The translations under genes were made by a program, and so were the position numbers. The notes beneath the pieces are model-generated. The model was not told the DNA's origin, made no database searches, and worked only from the letters and a program-made list of their open reading frames with translations. A stretch of 59,387 nucleotides of DNA, from the IMG/VR virus record IMGVR_UViG_3300027969_000005, positions 1 to 59,387 of that record; one strand, written 5' to 3'. Source of the stretch: a virus (taxonomy: Duplodnaviria; Caudoviricetes). Numbering within the stretch: position 1 is the first letter of the stretch; each line of letters opens with the position of its first letter. Of the stretch, positions 42,156 to 51,414 are shown in pieces.

Positions 42156-44585
42156 TTAAATTGCCCGCTGGGCGATATCCAGCGCCTTAACTACAGCCGT
42201 GTCCGGTGCATTCAAAAGCGGTTCCGTCGTCTTGTCAGACACCGTCTTAGCATCTTTTGCCATTTTGATCAGGCGGTTTACCAAAAATTCATGGCGGTTT
42301 TTATCAACCCGTCCGCCCGATGCGCGACCGGGGCGGCCCGCAACATATTGTTCGACGCTTGTGCCGTTGTCATCACGACGACCGGCTCTTGCTGCAAGAG
42401 GGCCGCCCGCAAACCATGCCGACTGAACGTCCTGAACATTGCCGTAGCGTTTGTAAAGCTGCGCCGCCTTGAACCGAGCAATCGCCTCTTGAATCTCTGG
42501 GCTAGCAATAAACTCATCAACAGACACTTCACGCCCCAAAGCCGCCTTTGACCATTCCGGAAGGTTCCCCGGCATAACCTGATACTTGCCCATTGCCCTT
42601 TGCCCCGCATATGGGCCTTTTTCAACCACGGTGCCGCGCTGCTTGTATGGGTCAGTTTCGCCATACTGGTCTGTTCCGCTTGTTTCCCTAGCGTGCAGGC
42701 CCTCCATGATCTGGTCAAGCTCAGGGACGTCCTGAGGCTCTTTGTTGACAATCCCTTGTTTCTCTACCTCCTGCGCCTTCATTGGCGCGGAGGGCCCCTC
42801 CTGAGGCGTCAGGGGGCTAACCGCATCTGCAGCATGGGATGCGTAAGACAAGGGCTTGGTTACGGCCTGCTGTGTCGCGAGATCGACGCCGCGACCGATA
42901 CGACCGGCGGCATAGTTCACGGACCCCATGGCTCGTGGCGAAGATGCGGCCAGATGCACCACGGCGCCGGGAACACTGGCCATCGCAATTCCGGGCGATG
43001 CATACATCAGGGCCTGACGCAGACCGCCGGGCAGAACTGAGCTTAGCTCGTAACCGGCGATCATAAATGGCAGATTGGGGTTGTGCTGCGCCATGCTGCT
43101 CAAAAGGTCTTGGCTTGCCTCGCCCTTACCGAACTTGGACTTCATGACCTTTTGCAAGACTTTTTGATCGGACAGATTTCGTCCAACGCCAAACTGGTCC
43201 TTCATCGCCTTAATTTCGTCAGAGGCAGATCCGTACTGCTTCATGATGTCGGCATATTCGGGGTGCTTGGCACCGATCTCTTTTAGCGTCTTGTTGTACA
43301 TATCCGTGGCCACACGGTAGGCATGAGGATCATTTTTGTACCCAGACCGAATGTCGCCAATCATCTGCTTGAGAGCATCAAAGCCTTCAAGGGTATGAGC
43401 GGTGCTGCCGATAGGCTGGGATGCAAATTGATTGGCCGCATTAGCAATTTCTTGAAGCGCCCTTTCTGCTCCGGGATGCTTCGTTACTGCAAATCCGGTG
43501 TTGGGGTCACGGAACTGGATGCTTTTAAAATTATCGGATAGGGCAGTATTGATCCCGTGCCAATTTAAGGGCGGCAGGACACCGTTGGTGGCAGCTTTCA
43601 TGCTGTTCACATATTCGGTCGATTTCTTTTTGTTAGCCGCTTCTAGGGCATCATCCAAAGCATCAACAAGCTCAGGCGCATTGCGCTTGGTCATTTGTGC
43701 CTTAAATGCCGCACGCTGCTCGGGGGTGGCCTTGGCAGTGGCGGCCTCGGCGGCCTTGGCCAGAGAGGTTGCGCTGGCACCAGTCGTAAGCGACTGAACA
43801 CTTGGGGCAGCCTTGCCGACAGCCTGAAATGGCACCTTAGCTGCCTTTAGTGCAAGCTGTACCGGATCGGAAAATTCTGCAATTTTGCCCAAGGTAGATG
43901 CTGTTTTGGCAAGGCCAGCACCCTTGGCCGCAAGGCCTGCGCCACCTAAAAAGGAGGAGGCATCCATCATAATGCTGGCAGGGTCCGTGGCGAGGGCCTT
44001 TTTGAAGCCAGCCGCACTGCCATAGGTCTGCTTATAGTGCCCCAGAAGGGCATTGAGCATCGATTCGTCTTTGGCCTTTGTGGCCACATCCTGCTTCTGG
44101 CCGAACGCGCCGATGCCCTTGGAAACAGCGCCCGTACCCAATTGCTTTAGGGCACCAAGCGTTTCGCCCGGATTAGTGACCGCAGACCAAACGCCACTAA
44201 GGGCCTCGCCCGTGCTAGGGAGAAGGTTTTTGGCAAAGCCCTGAGCAGTTTGGCCTAAAGTCAGTTCCTTTTCCGCAGGCTTAGGCTTGGCCACGGCGGC
44301 CATGTATCGAGTAGGTGCTTTTGGGGCCATGGGCGATCTTGGCGCAAGCGGGATTATGGGGTGCGGAGGGTTTGCCCTGCCCGGCTTGGCTGTCTGTGCA
44401 CTGCTTGCTGTGTCGGGCGTGGACCCTGACAAAAAGGCCGCAACGGCACGCTTTGCATCATCACTAGGAGCATCGCCCTGAGACATTGTTTCAGGGGCCT
44501 GTGATGCAGTATCAGACTTAAACCGCTGTACTGCCGCTAATGCCTCAGGGCTTGGCGAGCCTTCTGATTGATCATCAAAAGCCAT
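42156..44585 (-). CDS. Ejection/internal virion protein with a C-terminal lytic transglycosylase-like domain
   Basis: RETSG...A.GKYQ.MP.N...W...Q......YG......AW.AG at about 42340-42720. Confidence 0.75.
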   Translation of the reverse strand: MAFDDQSEGSPSPEALAAVQRFKSDTASQAPETMSQGDAPSDDAKRAVAAFLSGSTPDTASSAQTAKPGRANPPHPIIPLAPRSPMAPKAPTRYMAAVAKPKPAEKELTLGQTAQGFAKNLLPSTGEALSGVWSAVTNPGETLGALKQLGTGAVSKGIGAFGQKQDVATKAKDESMLNALLGHYKQTYGSAAGFKKALATDPASIMMDASSFLGGAGLAAKGAGLAKTASTLGKIAEFSDPVQLALKAAKVPFQAVGKAAPSVQSLTTGASATSLAKAAEAATAKATPEQRAAFKAQMTKRNAPELVDALDDALEAANKKKSTEYVNSMKAATNGVLPPLNWHGINTALSDNFKSIQFRDPNTGFAVTKHPGAERALQEIANAANQFASQPIGSTAHTLEGFDALKQMIGDIRSGYKNDPHAYRVATDMYNKTLKEIGAKHPEYADIMKQYGSASDEIKAMKDQFGVGRNLSDQKVLQKVMKSKFGKGEASQDLLSSMAQHNPNLPFMIAGYELSSVLPGGLRQALMYASPGIAMASVPGAVVHLAASSPRAMGSVNYAAGRIGRGVDLATQQAVTKPLSYASHAADAVSPLTPQEGPSAPMKAQEVEKQGIVNKEPQDVPELDQIMEGLHARETSGTDQYGETDPYKQRGTVVEKGPYAGQRAMGKYQVMPGNLPEWSKAALGREVSVDEFIASPEIQEAIARFKAAQLYKRYGNVQDVQSAWFAGGPLAARAGRRDDNGTSVEQYVAGRPGRASGGRVDKNRHEFLVNRLIKMAKDAKTVSDKTTEPLLNAPDTAVVKALDIAQRAI

Positions 44586-47500
44586 TATTCGCCCCCTGTG
44601 AAGTATCTATGGAAGCCTTTTCCATATTTTCCATCAAGCGCCTGAATTGCAAGATCTCTGTCGGCCCTAGATCCACTAATCAAAATCTTTTTCAGATCAG
44701 GGAAGCCGGGCTGCAAAAGCGTCTGAGTAATTGCTGTTCTGTCCCTGTCGTAATCGCGTGTTGGGTGATCAGCATCAAACGCCTGAAGCGCCTCTTGAGT
44801 AATTATCCCGCGAGGCATGCCGTTTGAATTTTGATTTTCAGCATCAAAGGCTTGAACATATTTTGCCTTATCAATTTGACGCAGACTTTCCACATACATA
44901 TCGGCAATCAGGCTCATAGAGGCCTGTCTGGTCAGAGCTTCAGTGGGGACTGCAGAAAGAACGCGCTCAAATGCGCCAAGCGATTCTTGGCCCGCACCTT
45001 GAGCGGCAAGCATGGCGCGAGCCGTAGCCATTTTCTGAGCGACTTCAGCCTCAGCCAATGCGTCCGGGTTAAATTTGATGCTTGATGCCATTTGTGGATC
45101 AAACGGCATTGTATCAACAAAAGAGTTCCAAGCACTGGCCACAGTTCTCTTAAGCGGGGCAAGATATCCCGGCTTTAAAAAGCCATCATCATTGAAGGCA
45201 ATAGAATCGGCCCATTTGCTAACGCCGAGCAAAGATCCCTTTGCAGCCTGACTGGCCGCCAAGGTTTGATCATACTCCTTGTTGGATCGCTCCTGTGTTT
45301 CGGGGGATGCTAAAAACCAGCGATTACTAGCCTCATGCGCCTTATTGACCCCCTCTTTGCCTAAAATTGGAGATACTGGAATCGTGCTGGGGGCACCAAG
45401 CTTTTGCTGCCCCAACATGGCTCCAGCGGGAACGAGGCGATAATGTGTCTTTCCGTCTGGGCCGATATAATTCCCATTTGGATCTTCCTGCGCGATGAGA
45501 CCCTTTTTAACAAGGTCGGTCATATCCTGTTGGGTTAGAACGCCCTCGCGAAGCGTCTGAGCCTGCTGGAAGCCGGTTCGAGCTTTGATCTCGCCAATGT
45601 CGGCCTGCTGCTTGCGGATGTCCATGTAGGACTTAGCGCCCGCACCAACGCCGCTAGCTAAGGCTACGCCCAAGCTACGGGTGGGCGCAGTTCCCATGGC
45701 AGCGAGGCCAGCCAGCAATGGCACGACGTTCTCGGAGTGGCTGAGATAGTCTTTTGCGCCGGATAGGAATGGATGCCTACCGGCAAATGCCGCCTCATCA
45801 GCGCCGGGGACATAAGCAGCCGTGGGCAACACGCCGCCAAGGCCCTGCGGGATAACGTCGCGCTCGCCGGTCCTTTGATTGACTGCCATAGGCTTAGGTG
45901 CGGCTTGAGCCATACTGCCGACACCCATAGGGGTAGGCATAGCTGTGGCCATGGGGGCCACAGGCACTCCACCAAGGCGACCTTCCTGCTGCGCCAAGGA
46001 TGGGGTGGCAGGAGGGGGTGCACCAGCGCCAGCGGCGCCTAGGCCGCGCTGGCGTGGCGCAGGAGCAGCGATTGGGCGCTGAGCGGGCTCTGGCGCAGCT
46101 TGCGGGCCGTAGCCCGGCAGCAAGCCGCCGGGGGCCGTGGCCGCCCTGATCTTGTCCTGCAAATCGTAGGCTTGCTTATTGGTTTCGTACTTCTTGCCCA
46201 GATAGGGGAAGTCGATGATGTTTTTGGACGCAGCAAAGCCAATGGGGTCTGCGCGGTGAAGCGCCGTCCCGATCGGGTTTTCAAGCTGTGCGATTCGCGC
46301 CTTTTGTTCGTCGGACAACTCCTCGACCTCGCCGTCCGTCGCATAACCCTTGCGACCGACCGCGCCGCCGGTATTCATGGCCATAAGGAATGGAGCAATC
46401 GTGGCAATGCTTGCACCAATCCCAGCGATTTTTCCAGCCGTGTCGAGCCCGCTATCGGGCTTAGCGGGCATATCACCCGGCTTAAGAACCTCAAACTTCT
46501 TCTTTTCATCCGGAATGTCTAGGCCATTTCCGTTTTCGCTTGTGTCATAAGGCGTGCCGCCTGTGGCAAATGTAAGGTTGGCCGAGGGCTTGAACTCATA
46601 ATCAAAGGGCTTAGCCGTTTGAGCAGCATCCTTCATAAGCTGGTCGCCCTTGCGAGCGGCCATAAAGTCTTGAGCGCCCTTGCCAGCCGTTGCTGCGCTA
46701 GACGCTATGCTGGCAATTTTTGCCGCCTTATCAAGGCCGCTCTCCTGCTTAGGTGGCGGAGACCCTGCCTTGAGCATTGCTGGTGCAGGTGCGCTGCTGG
46801 CAGGCACAATACCCCCCATAGCGCCGGGGCCGCCTGCGGATGGACCCGCAGCAGGGCCTGACAGGCCGCCATACATACCCTGAGAACGCTGCATCATCTG
46901 CTGCGCTAGCGCGGGATCAAAGCCAACCTCACCACCGGCGGCGTGGGGGCGATAACCTTCAAGCTTTGCATATTTTTCAATTTCTTGATTTTTTTGATAG
47001 GCGTCATAGGCCTTCTTGATCTTGGCCCGCGCCTCGCCGCTACCCTTGTAAATTTGCTCGCCCTTCGTCGCCAGATCGGCAATCTGCGATGCCTTATCAA
47101 GGCCGCTCTCCTGCTTAGGCATGTCCGCAGGCTGAAGCATTTCAGGGATGGGTAGGTTGGCCGAGGGCACAATCCCGCCAAGGCCCGGTGTCGATGCGCC
47201 AAGCATGCCCGGCTGTCCGGGCTGCGCCAGCGTGCCATACATGGCATTATAGTTTTGCAGAATCTGCTGCATCAGGGCCGGATCATACCCGCCCATGGGC
47301 ATACCGCCGTCAGCAAAGCCCTCGCCGTAGCTACCGGGGTTCACACCGCCGCCCATGCTGGCAACGCCGCCCGCATAGAAGTGGCCGCGTTTGGCCGCAT
47401 CCTCAGTGGCCTTGCCGTAATCAACCGTCTTGTAGCCACCGGCCAGACCCACGGCGTTGGGGTGCTTATCCTCGACCTCCTGAGCCATAAGGCCGATCTG

Positions 47501-50056
47501 CTGACGCTTGTCGCCGCCCTTATAGTTGTAGCTATAGATCGGCTGGCCATCGAAGGTCTTACCGACCTCTTTGACGTTCTCCTTAAGGCGTTCGTCAGAG
47601 AAGAAGCCGCCGGGCTGTGTCGTCGTGGTCGTGTTGCCAGATAGGGCGCCTGTTCCCTCAGCAATATTTGCCAAGAACTGCGCCGTTTGGAACGGATAGG
47701 ATTGCTGCTGCAGGAACTGGTTGTACAGCGCCTGCAGGCCAGCCTGCTGGGTCTGCTGCTGCATCTGACCAGCGGCAAGCTGCGCTTGCGCACCCTGCAG
47801 CGCCGCGCCCTGTGCGCCAGCACCAAGGCCCGCCATCTGCTGGGACGTGTTTGCACCCATGCCATATTGCTGCTGGGCCAGAGCCGCACGCTGCTGGGCA
47901 GTGTTTGCGCCCTGAGCATATTGCTGCTGAGCCAAGGCCGCACGCTGCTGAGACACTGTCGATCCCATGCCAAACTGCTGCTGGGCCAAAGCCGCCTGCT
48001 GCTGAGCGGTCGTTGCACCCTGTCCAAACTGCATATTGCCGATGTTGGCTTGGTTCATGGCGGTGCCAGAGCCCATGGCATAACCCTGCTGAGCCAAAGC
48101 GGCCTGCTGCTGAGCCGTCGTGGCACCCATGCCGAACGTCTGCTGAGCATTAGCGGCCTGCTGCTGAGCCGTCGTAGCGCCCATGCCGAACGTCTGTTGG
48201 GCCAGCGCAGCTTGCTGCTGAGCCGTCGTGGCACCCATGCCAAATTGCTGTTGCGCCAAAGCGGCCTGTTGCTGGGCCGTTTGCGCCGACATGGCAAATT
48301 TCTGCTGCGCCATGGCCGCCTGTTGTTGGGCCGTTTGAGCGCCTTGAGCAAACATCTGCTGACCGGCCCCAAGCTGGCCCTGTGCCAAGCCCATGCCTTG
48401 CGCGTATTGCTGCTGGCCGACGCCCTGAAGGCCCTGTCCAGTCGTTTGATTTTGGTTAAGGATTTGTTGACCTAGGGTCGAGAGATTTTGGCCCGCGCCA
48501 GCCTGCTGGCCGTAAATCTGCTGACCGATCTGGGCAAGATTTTGACCCGCACCGGCCTGTTGTGCGTAAAGCTGCTGAGCCATGGCGGCCTGCTGCTGGG
48601 CAGCCGTTAGCCCCTGACCAAAGCCCTGCTGGCCGATGCCAAGTGTCGTCTGTGCCCCTTGCTGAATCGCTGCACGGTTGGCCTGCTCAGCCGCCAGATT
48701 GACGCCCTGCTGCTGCTGGGCAGCGCCAAGGGCTTGGCCATAGCCTTGGTTCAAAATGCCAGAATAGATTTGAGCGTTAGCAAGCTGCTGCTGCTGAGCC
48801 AAGCTGGCCGCAGCGATGCCTGCACGATCACCCCCGAAGGCCCCTTGCTTGATCGCATTGCCGGTTTGCCCAGACATCGCTTGCTGGTTTTGCTGGTCGA
48901 GCATGCCCTGCGTGCCCTGAAGCACGGACGAGATGTAGGGGCTCATAAACTGGCCGATCTGTTGGCCGCCAATTTGCCCCGGACTAACGCCCTGCATTCC
49001 TGCCTGATTAAGCGCCTGTGCCTGTTGCTGGAATGGTTGAGCGCCCGCCAAGGACTGATTGATCTGAGACAGTGCCTGATAGTTTACCGGAGCAGCCGCC
49101 CCAAGACCCTGAGCATATTGCTGGATGGCCGCTTGGTTCAGGGGGTCGGCCTGATTTAGGCTTTGCTGATACTGAATATCGGCACGCTGGTTGTAAGGGT
49201 CTGCCGCAGATAGGCCGGTCCTGTAAAGCGATGCCGCATCTTGATTATAGCCCTGAGCCCCAGAATAGGCACTCGACATATTGTTGACAGCATTTTGCTG
49301 CAAAGGCTGCACGCTAGAATAGGCCTGAGATAGCGTATTTCCGGCCTGATCGGTGCCCTGATAACCAGCCCCAAGGCCGCCAAACAGTGTGCCATAGGCC
49401 CCGGCGGTATTTTGCATCCCAATATCTTGAGCATTAAGAATGCTATTGCCAGCCGTGTTGGTCATGGCATTACCGGCCCGCTGAGCATTGAGGATGCTAT
49501 TGCCGGAAGCATCCGTCATGGCATTACCGGCCTGCTGAGCATTGTAGATGCTGTTACCGGCGGTATTATTGCCCGCATATCCAAGCATCGCGGCATTGCC
49601 GAGGCCACCCAAGGCTCCACGATTGATGTTTTGAGCATCATACATAGAGTTGTTGATGGTGCCGTATGACGCCCCAACACCAGCCTGACCTTGATTATAT
49701 CCCGTATTTAGCGGATCATATGCCTGCTGGGTTCCATACTGGCCAGCCTGCTGAGCATAATTCAAATCGTTATAGGCTTGGCCCGTATTGTATTGGCCGA
49801 CATTCTGCGCGTTCGTAAGGTAGCCAGTAGCGGCCTGATAATAGGGCTGGGCCTGATTGGCGGCGACATTTGTGTTATAAATGCCGGTCATCTGTGTTGA
49901 CGTGAGGGGGGCGACAAAGTCGTTCACATTTGTCGAGTATTCCTTAAACGGCGTACTCGCGGCGTCCTCAGCACGCGCATTGACCGCGTTGTAGCGGGCC
50001 AAGACTTCTGGGGGAATCGATACGCCCTGCGTGGTTGTCGAACTCTTGCCGCCCAT
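44585..50056 (-). CDS. Giant ejection/DNA-transfer protein (1823 aa) with Q/G/A repeats and an internal peptidase S74 domain
   Basis: MGGKSSTTT start; 18-aa repeats; SDERLKENV...G.MAQEVE...VDY from residue 820. Confidence 0.82.
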   Translation of the reverse strand: MGGKSSTTTQGVSIPPEVLARYNAVNARAEDAASTPFKEYSTNVNDFVAPLTSTQMTGIYNTNVAANQAQPYYQAATGYLTNAQNVGQYNTGQAYNDLNYAQQAGQYGTQQAYDPLNTGYNQGQAGVGASYGTINNSMYDAQNINRGALGGLGNAAMLGYAGNNTAGNSIYNAQQAGNAMTDASGNSILNAQRAGNAMTNTAGNSILNAQDIGMQNTAGAYGTLFGGLGAGYQGTDQAGNTLSQAYSSVQPLQQNAVNNMSSAYSGAQGYNQDAASLYRTGLSAADPYNQRADIQYQQSLNQADPLNQAAIQQYAQGLGAAAPVNYQALSQINQSLAGAQPFQQQAQALNQAGMQGVSPGQIGGQQIGQFMSPYISSVLQGTQGMLDQQNQQAMSGQTGNAIKQGAFGGDRAGIAAASLAQQQQLANAQIYSGILNQGYGQALGAAQQQQGVNLAAEQANRAAIQQGAQTTLGIGQQGFGQGLTAAQQQAAMAQQLYAQQAGAGQNLAQIGQQIYGQQAGAGQNLSTLGQQILNQNQTTGQGLQGVGQQQYAQGMGLAQGQLGAGQQMFAQGAQTAQQQAAMAQQKFAMSAQTAQQQAALAQQQFGMGATTAQQQAALAQQTFGMGATTAQQQAANAQQTFGMGATTAQQQAALAQQGYAMGSGTAMNQANIGNMQFGQGATTAQQQAALAQQQFGMGSTVSQQRAALAQQQYAQGANTAQQRAALAQQQYGMGANTSQQMAGLGAGAQGAALQGAQAQLAAGQMQQQTQQAGLQALYNQFLQQQSYPFQTAQFLANIAEGTGALSGNTTTTTQPGGFFSDERLKENVKEVGKTFDGQPIYSYNYKGGDKRQQIGLMAQEVEDKHPNAVGLAGGYKTVDYGKATEDAAKRGHFYAGGVASMGGGVNPGSYGEGFADGGMPMGGYDPALMQQILQNYNAMYGTLAQPGQPGMLGASTPGLGGIVPSANLPIPEMLQPADMPKQESGLDKASQIADLATKGEQIYKGSGEARAKIKKAYDAYQKNQEIEKYAKLEGYRPHAAGGEVGFDPALAQQMMQRSQGMYGGLSGPAAGPSAGGPGAMGGIVPASSAPAPAMLKAGSPPPKQESGLDKAAKIASIASSAATAGKGAQDFMAARKGDQLMKDAAQTAKPFDYEFKPSANLTFATGGTPYDTSENGNGLDIPDEKKKFEVLKPGDMPAKPDSGLDTAGKIAGIGASIATIAPFLMAMNTGGAVGRKGYATDGEVEELSDEQKARIAQLENPIGTALHRADPIGFAASKNIIDFPYLGKKYETNKQAYDLQDKIRAATAPGGLLPGYGPQAAPEPAQRPIAAPAPRQRGLGAAGAGAPPPATPSLAQQEGRLGGVPVAPMATAMPTPMGVGSMAQAAPKPMAVNQRTGERDVIPQGLGGVLPTAAYVPGADEAAFAGRHPFLSGAKDYLSHSENVVPLLAGLAAMGTAPTRSLGVALASGVGAGAKSYMDIRKQQADIGEIKARTGFQQAQTLREGVLTQQDMTDLVKKGLIAQEDPNGNYIGPDGKTHYRLVPAGAMLGQQKLGAPSTIPVSPILGKEGVNKAHEASNRWFLASPETQERSNKEYDQTLAASQAAKGSLLGVSKWADSIAFNDDGFLKPGYLAPLKRTVASAWNSFVDTMPFDPQMASSIKFNPDALAEAEVAQKMATARAMLAAQGAGQESLGAFERVLSAVPTEALTRQASMSLIADMYVESLRQIDKAKYVQAFDAENQNSNGMPRGIITQEALQAFDADHPTRDYDRDRTAITQTLLQPGFPDLKKILISGSRADRDLAIQALDGKYGKGFHRYFTGGE
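47860..48350 (-). repeat. 54-bp (18-aa) coding tandem repeats GMGATTAQQQAALAQQxF
   Basis: Near-identical ctgctgagccgtcgtggcacccatgcc units every 54 bp. Confidence 0.8.
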
Positions 50057-50060
50057 AGAT

Positions 50061-50558
50061 TTACCCCGTCACTTCCGCATTTTGCCCAGTCGTTGCCCCG
50101 TAGAGCCAAAAGGCTCCAGCCGGTTTGCCGAATTGACGTTCGTACATTCGGACCTTGGCCTCAGTACGGCTGTTAGATAGTACCCCAATTACTAGGGGTA
50201 TGCCTAGAGTGTCCGACACCTCTTTGCTGAACTCGCAAAGCCGCTTGGCCCGGCCACCCTTTGCCGCTCGATATTCAGGGTGGATAAAGATGGCCTTTTC
50301 CTCAATGACCAAATCATCCGAATACCACATGGTGCCGATCCTAAGCAGAATGGCCCCCTCGATAATGCCGCCGGGTTTGCCAATGCATCCCATTAGGCCG
50401 TTGTCCTGATGGACGGCTGGCCAGATTTGCTCCAACAAACGTCGGACGCTTGGCTGCAGAAAGCCATTTTCATCCGAGGCGGCGATCGCCAATGCCATAA
50501 GTTCATCAAGGTCGTGCGGCGTTCCAATTCTGATCTTTAGCTCTTCAGATTCGCTCAT
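50061..50558 (-). CDS. GNAT-fold acyltransferase-like protein
   Basis: IR..T..D, E..IFIHPEYR....A..L and R.YE..G motifs; precedes the ejection gene. Confidence 0.7.
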   Translation of the reverse strand: MSESEELKIRIGTPHDLDELMALAIAASDENGFLQPSVRRLLEQIWPAVHQDNGLMGCIGKPGGIIEGAILLRIGTMWYSDDLVIEEKAIFIHPEYRAAKGGRAKRLCEFSKEVSDTLGIPLVIGVLSNSRTEAKVRMYERQFGKPAGAFWLYGATTGQNAEVTG

Positions 50559-50568
50559 AATTAATCCT

Positions 50569-51405
50569 CTAATCGCGTTTGGGTCCGGGCAAATTCTTAA
50601 GGGTCTCTACGGTCTTTGCCCGCATACGTTTGACAAAATCATCTAAAACACGGTGGCCCGCTTCAAGATCGCCGCCGCCCGCCACCATAACCTCTTTTGG
50701 CGACAGAACATACTCCCCACCAGCCGCAACGATCGGCACGGAGCCTGTGTGCTCTCCGCCACCAGCCTTACCCGGCAGGGGTTCGTTGTAAGGCCCTCCA
50801 GAGGCTCCGTAGGGCTGATCGCTGTCACTCTGGCCATATGGGGCCGACGTGCCGCTGTAGGGCGCTGTGTCGCCGCTGTAGGGCGATCCGCCGAACATCC
50901 GGCGCATGTGCTTAAACCCGGCCATGGTGTTGCCTTCGCCCATGGCGCTGATGATGTCGGCGGGGATCACATAAGACCCGGACGGGACATGCATCGGTAG
51001 GTGATCCGTGCGGCCTGCTACAGGGCTATGGATCGGGCCTGTGTGAAGATGATCGCCTGCGGGCTCAGGAGCGCCCCACGCATGACCTGAGAGGCCGCCG
51101 GGCGATACTGTGGTCGTGGTGGTTTCTCCCCCACCAGCCTTGGCCGTGCGAGCGGACTGCTTAAAGGCCTCTGCGGTTGGCGCACCCTTGGTGCCGGGCC
51201 TACGCATGTGCTCCTTAGAGCCGTGGGCAATCCGCTCTTGCTTAGCATGGATGTTGGCATAGAGGCCGCCGCCACCAGCCTTACCCACCGACCGCGCAAC
51301 ATTAAGGGCCGCAGCAATGCTCTGATTGCGCGGATGGCCAGCAGCGATCATTTCGCTGATGTTATGGCTGATCGTCTTTTGGGACTTGCCCTTGGATAGA
51401 GGCAT
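50569..51405 (-). CDS. Internal virion protein with a duplicated D..P...G(S/E)YV module
   Basis: MPL.KG.S...IS.NISE; GRTDHLPMHVPSGSYVIPAD and VPIVAAGGEYVLSP; three KAGGG. Confidence 0.75.
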   Translation of the reverse strand: MPLSKGKSQKTISHNISEMIAAGHPRNQSIAAALNVARSVGKAGGGGLYANIHAKQERIAHGSKEHMRRPGTKGAPTAEAFKQSARTAKAGGGETTTTTVSPGGLSGHAWGAPEPAGDHLHTGPIHSPVAGRTDHLPMHVPSGSYVIPADIISAMGEGNTMAGFKHMRRMFGGSPYSGDTAPYSGTSAPYGQSDSDQPYGASGGPYNEPLPGKAGGGEHTGSVPIVAAGGEYVLSPKEVMVAGGGDLEAGHRVLDDFVKRMRAKTVETLKNLPGPKRD

Positions 51406-51414
51406 GACGGTTTC

